Shown: piece after piece, positions 14,318 to 26,400 of the stretch
Position numbering within the stretch: position 1 is the first letter of the stretch
Layout: every line of letters starts with the position of its first letter
DNA from: Hyphochytrium catenoides
Taxonomy: Eukaryota > Protista > Hyphochytriomycota
Direction: 5' to 3'
NCBI GenBank assembly: GCA_900088475.1
Contig: FLMG01001487.1
Coordinates: 59,453 to 123,452 of the forward strand
Length of the DNA stretch: 64,000 bases
Notes under the pieces: model-generated
Database searches by the model: none
Seen by the model: only the letters and a program-made list of their open reading frames with translations
Told to the model about the DNA's origin: nothing
Position numbers and translations under genes: made by a program

Positions 14318-15271
14318 ACTTATTAACAGCCGAATTGGGCGAGCTCTGACCACACTGCTACATGGACAAGTCTATATCGCCCAATGCATTTCTTCACAAT
14401 GCCGCCGATTGATGATGGGAAGCAGCCCGGACAGATGAGATCGGGTCATACTTTCCTCTCCCTATTTCCCCAAAATTGAGAATTTGCCGTTGTTTGGGCG
14501 CTGGTTTTCATAATAATCATCCTTCCAGGAGAGAAGGAATAGTGGGGCAGAACTACTACGAGAATTGGCGGGAAAGCGGACATTACAGATCAGAGCTCAG
14601 ACCTGACCATGTTTGGCATCATCTCACAGTGCTCGTAGAGTAGGAACTAAACGAGACTAGTAGCGGGAGAATGACTGCAGGACACAGACTTTCTACTCTG
14701 TAGTGTAGCCTGTACAAGCATGCTCCGAGGGGACGACTGCAGTCTTCTGCCACAGATCAGAAATTTCGTAGCGTCATTGATGTCAATCTCGCCATCCTCC
14801 CGCCCGCCGCACAGCTCCAACAATCACTGCAGCGAGATTCTGCCACCACCTCCAGGCAGAAATCTCCATCACAGAAAAAACTATTGGCCAGTCTCCGTCC
14901 GCTAATACGTTGTCTTGAAGTTATTTTATAGAGACACATAGGCTGTTTTCTACGCATTAAGCAGCTAAATAGCGCTTTGAGTCAAGGACCAAGCCATATA
15001 AGAGAACGCAGGAATTTATACTCCTGGATCAAGAAAGCATACTCATCGGCGGTTCATTAGCGGCCGGCACATCTGTATCACCGAGCGCCAAAATGCCAAA
15101 GCCAGTTTTTGAGAAGTGTGAGTGTGGTCCACATTGTGATAAAGCTTGGTGCTGCTCCCACCGGTCCACCTGATGATGAAATAGGATGCACCACTTTCTT
15201 TCGCCCTCATCTCCTTGGTCATGGTCCCTCTTGTTGCCTCCACCTCCAATGCTAACACCTACTGGCCCCAG

Positions 15272-16854
15272 ATGATGACGATGAATGACGGGAACAGCAA
15301 TACGTTCAGATTGCTATGCAATTTGTGCTTTGAAGAGCTTCAATCATCCTCTACTGGTGGAGCCTTTCTTACTTCATGTGGTATGAGATCTTTCACGCTA
15401 TTCACTGAAGTCGCAAGTTGCTCGACGTAGCTTGTCTTTGAGAGCTTACGCTCTAATTATGGAAATAGGCCACCTGTTTTGCGTTAAGTGTGTCCAAGTA
15501 GAACGGTTCGGAGAGCTTCGATGTCCTATTTGCTCCAGAAGTTGCAACACAATACCGTTAGAGGTAGCTTCTTAAAACTTTGATCAAGCAGTCTAGTATG
15601 GAGCACCAGCCGAAAGTCTGATTGCTGCATGTTATCCAGAACAAGGAGTTGACAACCGAGATTCGCGACTTTCTCTTTGGGAATCCAGCCGCGTTGATCT
15701 CGCAAGCTTTAAGCGTTTATGAGGTAAGGGCAACATAGGGCACTGATTGCGGTGGATACCTGACCCGAGCGATTTTTAACTACTACGACATAGTTTCAGT
15801 GCCGTCAGACTCAGCTGTGCTTAGAGTCTGTGAGGCAATACGCGTACTCACTGCAGCACAATGCTACGAAGGTTGAGCTAAAGCTCCAGAGGCAAGTAGG
15901 ATAGCTCTGGTAATAATAGCTGATGCGAGGGACTCATAATCCATTTCGTGAACCCGGTGCTTTGAAGGATCGAGAGTAGCTATGAGCTTGAGGCGGCAAA
16001 GCTCAAAAAGGAGATTGCGCAGCTCAGGTATGACAGACATTGACAGTCTAGAGCTTGCATCTGTGCCACCAGCTTAAGAAGCTGGCTAGGAGTAAGGTTG
16101 ACTGGTACGAGGCCCAAAGCTTACCGGAAGGGCATAGCTTTATTGAGAGGCGGTTACCGCGAGCCATACCTTCCCCTTCCCCCGCAGTCAAAGCCGTAAT
16201 GGTTGAGAGGGTAAGGACCACTTCCCTGAGTCAGATCATCCTCTTAAGTGGTGACGTTTCTCTTAGCAATATGCAGACAGACCTGAATGTCTGAGCGGAT
16301 TCCAAAAGCCACGTTTCTCTAGCTTCTCTCCGAAGCAAGGTTTATTTCGGACGATGGACTCAGGCATGGCACATGCTAACCCGAGAGCTAGTAAAGAGGC
16401 CTCTAGGCATTCACAAGAACATTCCCCGGGTTTGAGACGTTCTTCCCCGAACCCTAAGCGAAGTCCTCCTATTAGCCGTGGCACACCCAACTTGTTAGGC
16501 TCCAGGATGGCAAGGACGCCATTAAAGCCTTCCACATCAATGGAGGACACACTAGGTGTAAAACCAAGTTTGAGAGCTCCAACTTCAGACACCACCAAAA
16601 GGTTTCGGCACTATTCTACTCCAGTAGCAGAGTACCGGAGTTCAAGTAGAAGCGGAGATGTCAATCGGACCTCTGCCATTACTCCGTCAGACAGGTCGCG
16701 CTCCTCCCCATGGGTCATTCAGCAGCCGGAGAAGCTAGAAGGTGGGCCAGGAATCTCAGTACCAGATAACAAGATGATGAGAGAACGGACTACAAATCAT
16801 CACACCCCCATACAGCCACGAAAGATCTATACTCGAGGCATTAGGACGGGCTAA
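15272..16854 (+). CDS. RING-finger/coiled-coil protein of the RNF212/Zip3/HEI10 meiotic crossover family (closer to RNF212/Zip3 by eye); multi-exon
   Basis: Spliced N-terminus LLCNLCFEELQSSSTGGAFLTSCG|HLFCVKC...CPICSRSC, then EIRDFLFGNP...SVYE|FQCRQ, coiled coil (YELEAAKLKKEIAQL) and long S/P/R-rich tail (ORF 16354..16854). Start could be ATG 15221. Confidence 0.75.
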
Positions 16855-17029
16855 GTGAACAAGTATGGGTTTTCTTGTCATTACATGCCTTCTTTCGCTT
16901 TGGTAAGGTACATTATATCCACCATTGTGCTCTCGTATGCCATCAGCGGTAGGCTCTGACAGTAGTTAAGCGGTTTAGTGCTTCAATCCGAGCCAAGAAG
17001 AGACGTGTGCGACATGACCTAGCCGGGTT

Positions 17030-17230
17030 TCACTCCGGTTGAGCCGCGAATTCTTTCCGTAACTGTGCACAGAAATCATCATCGACATCGTCATCATCCC
17101 AGTCCTCCTGCCATTGCTGCTGTTCAGAGTGCTCTTCTTGGGATACGTCCCAGCTCTCTAATGCAAATTCTTCAAACTCATCATCCTCATCAAGAATCTC
17201 CACATTAGGATGTTTGTTCTCTGTGGCCAT
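17030..17230 (-). CDS. SEM1: DSS1/SEM1 (proteasome lid subunit, BRCA2 partner)
   Basis: 66 aa: ILDEDDEFEEF...W...WQEDWDDDDVDDDFCAQLRKEF, the DSS1/SEM1 signature; ATG at 17230. Confidence 0.96.
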   Translation of the reverse strand: MATENKHPNVEILDEDDEFEEFALESWDVSQEEHSEQQQWQEDWDDDDVDDDFCAQLRKEFAAQPE

Positions 17231-17949
17231 CTTGCAACTGGTGGAAGGGAAGATCCTTCGCAAATGTAACACGGGCGAGCGTGAGAAAACAGCAAGCTAT
17301 CTCAGCTAATCACATCCGGGCCTACCTTACAGCTCTAAACTCCGAATTGGGATGCCCTTCAGGAGAGGTGAAGCTTGTCTGGTTTATCACTCGTCTTCAG
17401 AGTTGCAAAGAAACTTTTCTGCCACGGGAAGGAGACTCGGCTGAATTGCCCCGCGTCCGCTTGTTAGCTTGTCTCAGCTCGTGTAGGAGAAAGCTGCAAT
17501 GGCAAAACTTCTGTGTCATGAGGAGTCAGGCGCATCAAAGCAGATGAGTCATAGTTCTACAACTCTTTTGCAGACATCAACAGATATCTGAAGATTTGCG
17601 GCATAGAACTACGAGAAACTTCAGGTGAAAAGAAGATAGATTTCGGAGAGCACAGTAGGCAACGTGTCTTGAGGAAATCAAAGTAAATAAGTATACTTCG
17701 AGATGAGAATTGTACTTGTTGCTCACAGAGTAGTAGGAACTAGTACTTGGCTCCGCAATGTACTTACAAATTGTCCTTACCATCTGTGAGAAACCTCGAC
17801 GAAGTCTAACTTGGTCTCCGAAAGGGACGACGATGATGATCTCAAAAAAGCTTCAAGACTTCTCGTCAAGGCTACAGGTACATGTCTGGCAGGACTAGGC
17901 ACTTTTAGATGTTTGCCGTCCAAGTTGCTGTCCCTTAGTTTACCCAGCC

Positions 17950-18995
17950 TTGGAGAGTTTACGCCTGGACCTGGTGGCTACATACAACTCCCTAGCCCCC
18001 AAAACCAAAAGAGAGGGCAACGCATCCCTTGCAACAAAGAAGTGAGCGAAGAGTGTTGGTTTACACAGTCCTCATCAGTCATCTTCAAGCCTCAACGACC
18101 TCGAACGGAAGAAAGACCTCTTCCCGGACCTTTACGAATACCAATCTTGCGTTCATTTGAACTCCTGACTGCGCCGGTCTGGCGGAAAGTTTGGCAGGGT
18201 TTCCGAAGTGATCCAAGAAGACCAACGGTCCTTGGAAGGTCAAGTTTGTGAGGAGGCAGTTAAAATGCGAGAGTCTTTATCGTGGAGCTTTACGCTAGGG
18301 AAACCTTGTCCATAAAGGACACCTGCTTCTGCTGCTAGAGCCAATGAAGGTTGCGCAAGCATTCATCAAGAGGAATGCACGTTCATCTTTCAGTCACACG
18401 GGACCTCTTGAAATGCGTACAACGGGTTCCTCTGAGAACAAAGTGGGAGAGATGCAAGCTCTTATCTGAGACCGGGTTCCGATTCATGCTTTTGAATGAC
18501 ATGCAAGTTACCATCACATGAGGTTGTAGGTACTATTGTCTGGATGACTCCAAGGCAGCGTACCGTACAGGGCCTACTACGACTCTGTGGGCTTCGACCG
18601 GAGTTCGGTACCACCGTCTATGATATGAAGTTCGCACTATCTCCACCGATGGAGACGAGGCAACGGCATCCTTTACCGCGCGCTTAAGATTCGGAGAACC
18701 ATCTAAGGAATCATTGTCATTTCGTTACTCAGCAGGCATTGGGCAAGTACAAGTCTTGCCGTCTTATCAACCGCCGTCAGACCTCAAACTTCATGTCATC
18801 TACTTTAGTACCGAACGTGGTGTCGAACCCTACACAGTCGTGATGATAGTATAGTGTGGGGTAACTCATCGTCCTCTACTGCACGCTAACGACTCCGAAA
18901 GAACCATCTGAAGAATCTTGTCATCTCTTATCAGTGAAGAAAGTATGGAGTAACTCGTCCTTTATTGCGGCTAAAGACTCCGGAAGGATCATTTA
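17950..18995. mobile_element. Highly degenerate, internally rearranged MULE transposase remnant, same family as 53410-54902
   Basis: DNA similarity to the 53-54 kb copy: 18107 ggaagaaagacctcttcccggacctttac vs 53708 ggaagaaagacctctttcccaacctttac; 18210 gatccaagaagaccaacggtccttggaaggtca vs 53804; HEVVGTIVWMTP vs NEVAGVMWMTP; FGTTVYDMKF vs FGTNIYDMKF; 18668-18856 carries the FDTTFGT..DMKF..LAQCLL..RWF..KRAVK segment on the minus strand. Left edge approximate. Confidence 0.88.
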
Positions 18996-19195
18996 CTAAT
19001 AACTAACGTGAAATGCCATAAAGTTATGACAAGGGAAAGAGGGCCTGAAGAGAGCAGCATTCTGTCGTCAGTCCCCTTGTTCTCAGCTTCTTCTCAGAAC
19101 CTTCGCCGTCGGGTAATGAAGAAGAGAACGAGAGGCAAGTATGGTTGGGGTTGATGATTTAGCGCCAGGTGGCATACTTTTTCATTTAGAGGCAT

Positions 19196-19448
19196 TACCA
19201 TCGACGCGGCACCAGGCACACGCTGCCCATGCAATAGATGGTGCTGCCACCACCCCTGGTGGAAGGGGCGCTTAAAAGATAATGTGTTCCTTTTCCTAGA
19301 AGATTAGTGGTATACCTTTTTATTTAGATGCACTACCATCGACGCGGCACTAGGCACACACCAACCACCACGCAAAAGATGCTGCTGCGACCACTCTTGG
19401 TGGAAGAGCCGCTAAGAAGATTATGCGCTTTCCTTTTCCTAGAAGATT
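19196..19448. repeat. Diverged direct tandem duplication, two units about 140 bp apart
   Basis: Both units start taccatcgacgcggcac(c/t)aggcacac (19196, 19334) and end ttccttttcctagaagatt. Confidence 0.85.
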
Positions 19449-22400
19449 GCGCTTTTCCTCTTGTTGAATAGCTGCTGAGGCAAGGACCCTGTTGGTCAAG
19501 AGGGACATTAAGATCCGGCTTCAAAAAAGCTTATTAACGAGAAGACAGTGAGAACATTGGAACGTATAAAAAGATGACGACCACCCAACAGTAAATAGAA
19601 GCTTATAGAGCAAGCGAGTCCTATCACTTCCTAAGAGCTATTTAATGTTATCCTATTACCTACAACTGTCACTTCGTGACATTCTGCATTTCACGTTGGG
19701 CAATATCTTCAGAGTGGCTGTCTTGGAGGAGAGGATGGTCATCCACGGCTGCCGTACTATCACACAAGACTAGCCAAGGCTGCTTTTCCCACGTGAGCTT
19801 CATGGAACGGCTCAAACTTGCTCGCGTTTGCCATCGCTGTTATTGCACCAACAACAGAACTACCGGCAAGACCAGGGGCTTAATGGAACAGCTTCAGAAC
19901 TCTGTCGAGGAGCTAGAACACCCTCTGCTACTTAGTTGGCTTCTTCATTATGTTGCACTGCCTATCACTAGAATTCTACGTAGAGTTGCATTGGCTACTG
20001 AACTACCTTCTCTAAATGATGCTGTCTCATCTAATCCCTAGTCTCACAGTCTACGTGTATCCTGTGACCTATTATTGCTTATGCTGTTCTATCTTCCTGC
20101 TTTTACTGAATTCTGGTGCATCAGTTAAATATGTGAGATGAGGTAAGGGTTCCGTACTACAGTGCTGCAGCTTGAAGGCGCTTGTTCGCCACGAAATGGA
20201 TGATTGTCAGGCTTCTCGCCACTGGGAACTCTTCCTCTGAGTGATCTTCAAGGCTGGCTTCAAGTCGCCTTCCGCGTTCGTCCTAGCGCAGGTGCTGAAA
20301 CTGTCCTAGAGACCGGAGCCTTCGGTGATGACCTCGTTGCTGGTGGAGGACTAGCTCTCTTTGGCCCGATGCCCAGAACTCTTGCTACTTGGCGGTAGAC
20401 GTACCAGAGCATGAGCCCGACTGCAGATAGCATTACTCCCATAAGATAGCGTGCTCTTGGTGAGACCACCGCCAGAACTAGTAGGAGTAAGGAGATTGAC
20501 AACGCGTACTGGATCATGTCCCACATATTGCTTAGAGTCTCTCTAGTCAGATAGTCACGCCTCCCTTTGTTGATGTCCTTCTGGAACTTACGAAGTGATG
20601 GATCAGGGTTCAACTGTCAACAACAAATGGCAGTGTGCTCTGCAAATAGTGCTCTTGCGGGAGTGCTCTGGTTAGTGAGCTGACAAGAAGTTGCCTGTTT
20701 GTTTGTGGCAAATGCTCTCCCTCATGCACTGATGATACCGAAGTTGCTGCCTGGCCATCGTACAATGCCATTGCCCTCCTTCCTCTCATCATCCGTTCTC
20801 GCGCCCAACCGAGCGAAAGCATGACAAACAGCCTGTTGTCCGTATCTAATAGCCGGTAACGATCTTAGGGTATGATAATGGAGGGGAAGTAGTAAGCTGC
20901 CAGCTCCTTTCTGATTCTTACTCTTATCCTATAGTTTATTTTAGCAGCTTGACTGTGTTGTGATAGTAATAGGAGCCTTGATGGTGTGATGGTGGCATGG
21001 AAAGGTGGATTCTGACGAGCCACGTGATCGGCTAGGCTTTGACAAATGTAGAAACCCTAGGATGATGACTCTGTTGCTTCACAGTGGGGTTCTTCGACTG
21101 TCTTTCCTTCCTCGAGTGCACACCTTCTTCTTGATTACTTCTTGCTGCTGGTCTCTTTTCTTCTTCTTGGCTGAAGAAGACCAAACTTGACCATCTGCAC
21201 TCGTCGTCAGCTTCCATGTTCACCTAGTTGTCCTTGGCCTCGTCAAATACTCAACTGCGGCATGGCTGCAGTTGCTGTAGCATGGTGTGTTGTAGTTGAT
21301 AGATGAGTGACTGTTGGCTGGGGCCTTCAGGGGTAATAGTTGATGCCTGTCGTCCGCTTGGCTGAACATGACTAGCCCAATGAATTTATCCATCCTGTTG
21401 CCCCGCCTATGGTAGGCAAGAGCTCACATCACACAAAGGGTTGCTCTCTGGTTCCTTGTTCAAACATCTCCTCCTTTCCGCGACTCAACTTTGTTTACCT
21501 CATAAGATAGAACTACATCTTTGCAATCGAGAGGGTTTATGTCATGACTTGCTCGGCATCTTGAAGGTTGGATACGACAACAATACATGTTATAGTTTAT
21601 AAAGACGAAGGCGTGCAAAGTGTCATACAGAATGCAGTCAGCACTACTGATCTCGATACAAACGAGGAAGATCAAGTTATCGGCTACGCACTCTATGGTA
21701 ACATCTTCTACTATCCGGCAGCAGTAGACGACCAAGGGACCACCACTACTGCTCGTAGACCAAGGATTGCGCCCGCTTCTTCTTTGAAAGTCCAGGTCAG
21801 ATACTGAAGTTACAGGAGGTTCGCTAACCAGCAGGTCAATCAAATAATATGGAGTAGTGTCCACTAAAGCCTTCACTCTCCACTACTCTTCTCGTTCCGT
21901 ACTCCGTATTCCTTGGGCCTCCTGTGGTCATCCTGTAGCACTTTCCTTTTGGCTGGAAAAAAGGAGCGTATGCAAGATAAACGGCAGCAAGATGAACAGT
22001 GTAGGCTCTTCTGTATCTAGACTATGAACGACTGCTTATGAGCTAAGAGGAAGACCGCAACAATACGTCTGGTAGATGATACTATTCGGCTGCTGGCGAT
22101 GACTGCGAAACTGACTTTATTCCACGACCACTTTATTCATTAGAAAGATGTTCGTTCCCATCATAGCAGGAGAAGTTCGGGCTCGACATCACTTCTCACG
22201 GCTATCTTCTCCGCTTCTCCTGAGGCTGATTGGCCGCGCCTCACTGTCAACTTCTTTCCCCCAGTTACGAAAGGGCACCACCAACATGAACACTGAATCA
22301 CGCGTCGTCGGCGCCACTGGAGAGTAGAATTCAATAATTTTTCATTCAGAAGTCTGGTTATTGTGCTACGACGGACTGTAAGTTACTGACGTATAATGAT

Positions 22401-23145
22401 GCCTCCTCCTTCTCTTCTCTTTATCTGAAGTTCCTCCTCCTTTCTTCTTCCGAGCTCACTGTTAGTGATGAGATGGGCAGGTATATTACAAGTCCTTGTT
22501 TTACACTCATCATAAAGAAATCTGGCGGAGCGCTTTTTGAACATCGGCTTGGTTCTTCCTCTGCGTGGAATGTCAGTGATCATCATCATCAATCGACGGC
22601 ATAGCTCTCTAGATGCCAGCGGCCAGAATGTCTTTGATGACAACATGAAGCTTGCGACATCATCATTGTGCTCTACATACATTACTACCTGAACCTTAGA
22701 CTTCACTCATGAATATTCATCATCAATCATCAAGACTCAAGACCATGAGTTAGATAAAACGTTAGCGGCTAGTGATGGCCGGGCTGCTTGATGAAACTCC
22801 GGCTGTGGCGTTGAATGGAGGTTTACGTCTCCCTCCTACCCGATCCTAGACCGCGGTCGATGTCACCTCCAGTACCGTTCTACCCTTCAAGATCCCTTCT
22901 TTGTCCGCCCCACCTCTCTTGAAAGTGCAAGAAGTACCAACAAATTTTTTGATGGGATCAAACGTGTTATCGTGCACTCCGTTCACTAGTGCTCGCTGCT
23001 ATTTGGCTGGGTCGTGGTCTTTGTTTGATGACATGCAGACGACCTTCTTGAGCCCTGCTGTTGAGACCTGCTGAGGATAAGAAGGACGAAGGAAAGGAGG
23101 CGAAGAGGTTTTTTAAGATGAAGAGGACGATGAGTTAACGACGGG

Positions 23146-23183
23146 GAGAGAGAGAGAGAGGGAGAGAGTTAGCGAGAGAGAGA
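23146..23183 (+). repeat. (GA)n microsatellite upstream of the PH-ELMO gene
   Basis: Interrupted gagaga run seen directly. Confidence 0.85.
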
Positions 23184-23440
23184 CCACTCGAGGAACCGGG
23201 GAGCGAAGTCCGCCGCTGGAGCAGTGAACAGAGAGGAATCAGAAGCTCAGCTAGAGCTTTTACTGGGAGCCGCTTAGTAACTCGAACGGTCATTGCTTCG
23301 ACAATTAAGCGACAGTCGATATGGTGCCATCATTACCACCAGGCGCTCGGTAGAGCTTGCGCCTCATCAATACTTATAAGTCAGCCCATGAGCTAGGGCC
23401 ACAACGGCAAACAAAGACTACAGATCCAGCAAGTCCAAAG

Positions 23441-26400
23441 ATGGAGGTAGAGGGGATGGACGTAGAGCTAGCGAGTGAAGCGGGAAGCTCTTCGCGGTCC
23501 ATTGACTTAATGAGCTCAAAGGAGCGCAAGAAGAGTCGGCGTAAGTTCACTTCCTAAACACCTTGAATATTGGTGAGCCAAAGCTGAGCCTTGGTTGCAG
23601 GAGATGTGAAGAAGAAGTCCACCAGGGTCTGGGAAAACACAGCGCTGGACCTGACTCTGGGCCGAGATACTTTCTTTGAAACCTTAGGGCTATTAACGCT
23701 ACTGGGCTCTCTCAGGGATGACAAGCTCAAGGAAGAGTCATCTATACCACTTCAAGGCCTGACAGGATCCATGGAAAGTACTCCTACTGAGGATGGGCAG
23801 TCTCAGACTGTCGTTATCAAGGTTGTTTATTTTATCATTTCTACCCTAGGATCAGGTCAACTCACCGGCAGCTCCTTTCGCAGACGGGATGGGCACTGAA
23901 GAGAAGTTCGGTAATGAAGTCCTGGTCTCGAAGATGGTTCACGTTGAAAAGACGGTCAGTCCACAGACTGGTAGTTGTCAGGTCCAGACTGAGCACTAAT
24001 CGCTTCATGACAGGAAAGGATTTAGCACGCTGGCGTACTATCGAAGTGATAAGGCAAGTTAAAAATTCCTTTATCACCACTGAAAGTACCTAATAAGAGC
24101 CATACGCCTCGGGTACTATTGCCCATATCTAGCGTCCGGGTAGTGAGGGGTTGACGGCAGTATTTTCCAGGAGAGTCGGAAGGAAGGGGCGATAGTCTTA
24201 CGTAGCCAAGAGAGATGTCCGTCCTTTGGCCTACGTCTTATTTATATAAATACTCTTTGCAGGAAGAAACTCCGCAGAAAGTGATCAGACTTGGTCCCAC
24301 CACGCGAGTATCAACACCCGCAAGCTTGCCGAGTGATAGAGAGCACCAAGTTATACTTACCACCTTATTGGACGGGGTCGAGCGTCGATTTTGCATGGCT
24401 GCAGGTGAGAACGGTATTTTGGTCTGTTTGCGAGCGAGGGAGAAGTAGCCTCTTTAGACAATGATCGCAATGTACCAACGTCGGAGCAAAGCCACAAGAA
24501 GAAAGAGAGGTAGAGCGTAGACGAGCAACGGCTCTCCATAGCATAGCCAAGAAGAACTAGAAGCAAGTCTCAGCCGTCTTAAAGCGCTCACTTTTGGCTC
24601 CATCAGACTCTAGCCTAGAGCAACGCAATTGGGCGGCAATGATCCAGGTAACGGTTGAAGGGACTATAATGGACAAGATGAGCGGTAAGAAGATCTTTGC
24701 CGCGGGGACGATAAGGAGAGACAGTGGGAGCATAGACTAAATTCACTATTCCATAGAACCATATGCAGCCCTCTATCGGGATTCAGGGATTGGCTGCTTT
24801 GTCATTCGCTATGGCGTGCGCAAACTGAAGTCGAGGGGTGTGGTACAGACCCGAGTACTAGAGGTGAATTTTATCGAGAAGATAATCTCCGTCACCAAGA
24901 GAGGTCTCATCCTGGAGTCAGCTGGCTTTACTGACATCAAATCTGTAAGAAGCCTCACTTATTTCAAAGCTATAGCTTTACCTTCCAAATCATAGTATCT
25001 TCCCTTTGGCAATCGCTCCTGGCTCGTCTATGATCCTTTCGCCTGCCGGTTTTCATTGCTGGATGGCGACTCTTATATTTGGGCCATCTCGCCTCAGGTA
25101 ACTGGCAATGAGTCGCATCGAGAGGGTCATACTCTCCACTTGCGCTTTAAGGGTGGAGTCAGCAAAGTATGGACTGTTTACTTGGATTCGGCGGCCAGTA
25201 GAGATGATCTCGTGCAGTTACTTGAGGAGATCATCGAGGACAAGGTCACACCTAAGACTTTGAAAGTTAGACACAGTGAACTCTCGCTTAAGAAGGTATG
25301 GAAAGTAGTAGGATAGTAACCCCGTCACAAGGTTTTACCCGGGACATGAAATGCTCTTGTCTGTGTACAATCCCAAGCGTTATCTTAGAGATTCTCTAGG
25401 AGGGTAGATTGACGAGGAGAGGTTGTGAAGCTAGCTTCACAACCTTGGGGAATGGTGTCCTGCCAGAGGTCCAAGTGACTACAAAGAATGACACGATGTA
25501 TTGATGGCAGGGATATCTGGAGCGGAAGAACGTGACGGGTGAAGACCAGTTAGTGACTCCTAACGCGACGCTAAAGGGGAAGTTTTACACTCTTTTGTCG
25601 GAGCGCGCAGTGTCGTTCTTTCCAGCAGACGGCTTGGGCGCAGATACTTATCAAAGGTACTTATCAGAGGTCGTAAGGCCCTAATCTTGCTATGCCCTGC
25701 GCTCCTTGTCACCCCGCTGACAACTTCGGTGAAACATTCTAGGCCTTGGTTTGTCGTGGGTTTGGGGGGCCTGGAAATTAGCCACGATGTATTGACCAAT
25801 ATCCTTACGTTTGGAAAAGTCTCCTTCGTCACGAATGGACCACAAGAGTGCAGTGATTGGTTCAAGGCCTTGCAGGAGGTAGTGCACACAACAGTTTGAG
25901 GCGTTTCCTGACGCCCTTATTGATCTCAAGCTCTTCCAACCGTTTGGACACATTTACTGTAGGCAGCAACTCTCCCTGCTGAGGTCATTGAAAAAGAGCT
26001 CAAGCACAGGGGCCGACTAAGAGTACTATACCAAAGAGTAGTCAAGAGGCTACGGCGACTGATGTATGCTAGAGTTACTCCTAAGGTGGGTAACCCGTTC
26101 CTCCCAGTTACGGCCTTGTCTTCAAGGTTGTTTACTCTTTCTGTTCGTTCGGCCTCTGGCACCCCGACGCTTACGGCGTACTAGGCGGGACTGCCGGTAA
26201 ATGATGATCAGAAGGTTATTGTTATGCTTCAGCGATTATGGACAGCGGTCTTTCCTGGTAAGTGTGTTGGGTCAATGATCTTATCATATAGCTTTGAGTA
26301 TCCTTCTCCAGGCATATGTAGGCTTGCACTTCTGCCTTCCCTGCTTTATACCCTAACCCCGGGTCTTGCAGGCGTAGCTTGGGAAGGTCTTGATAGCCCC

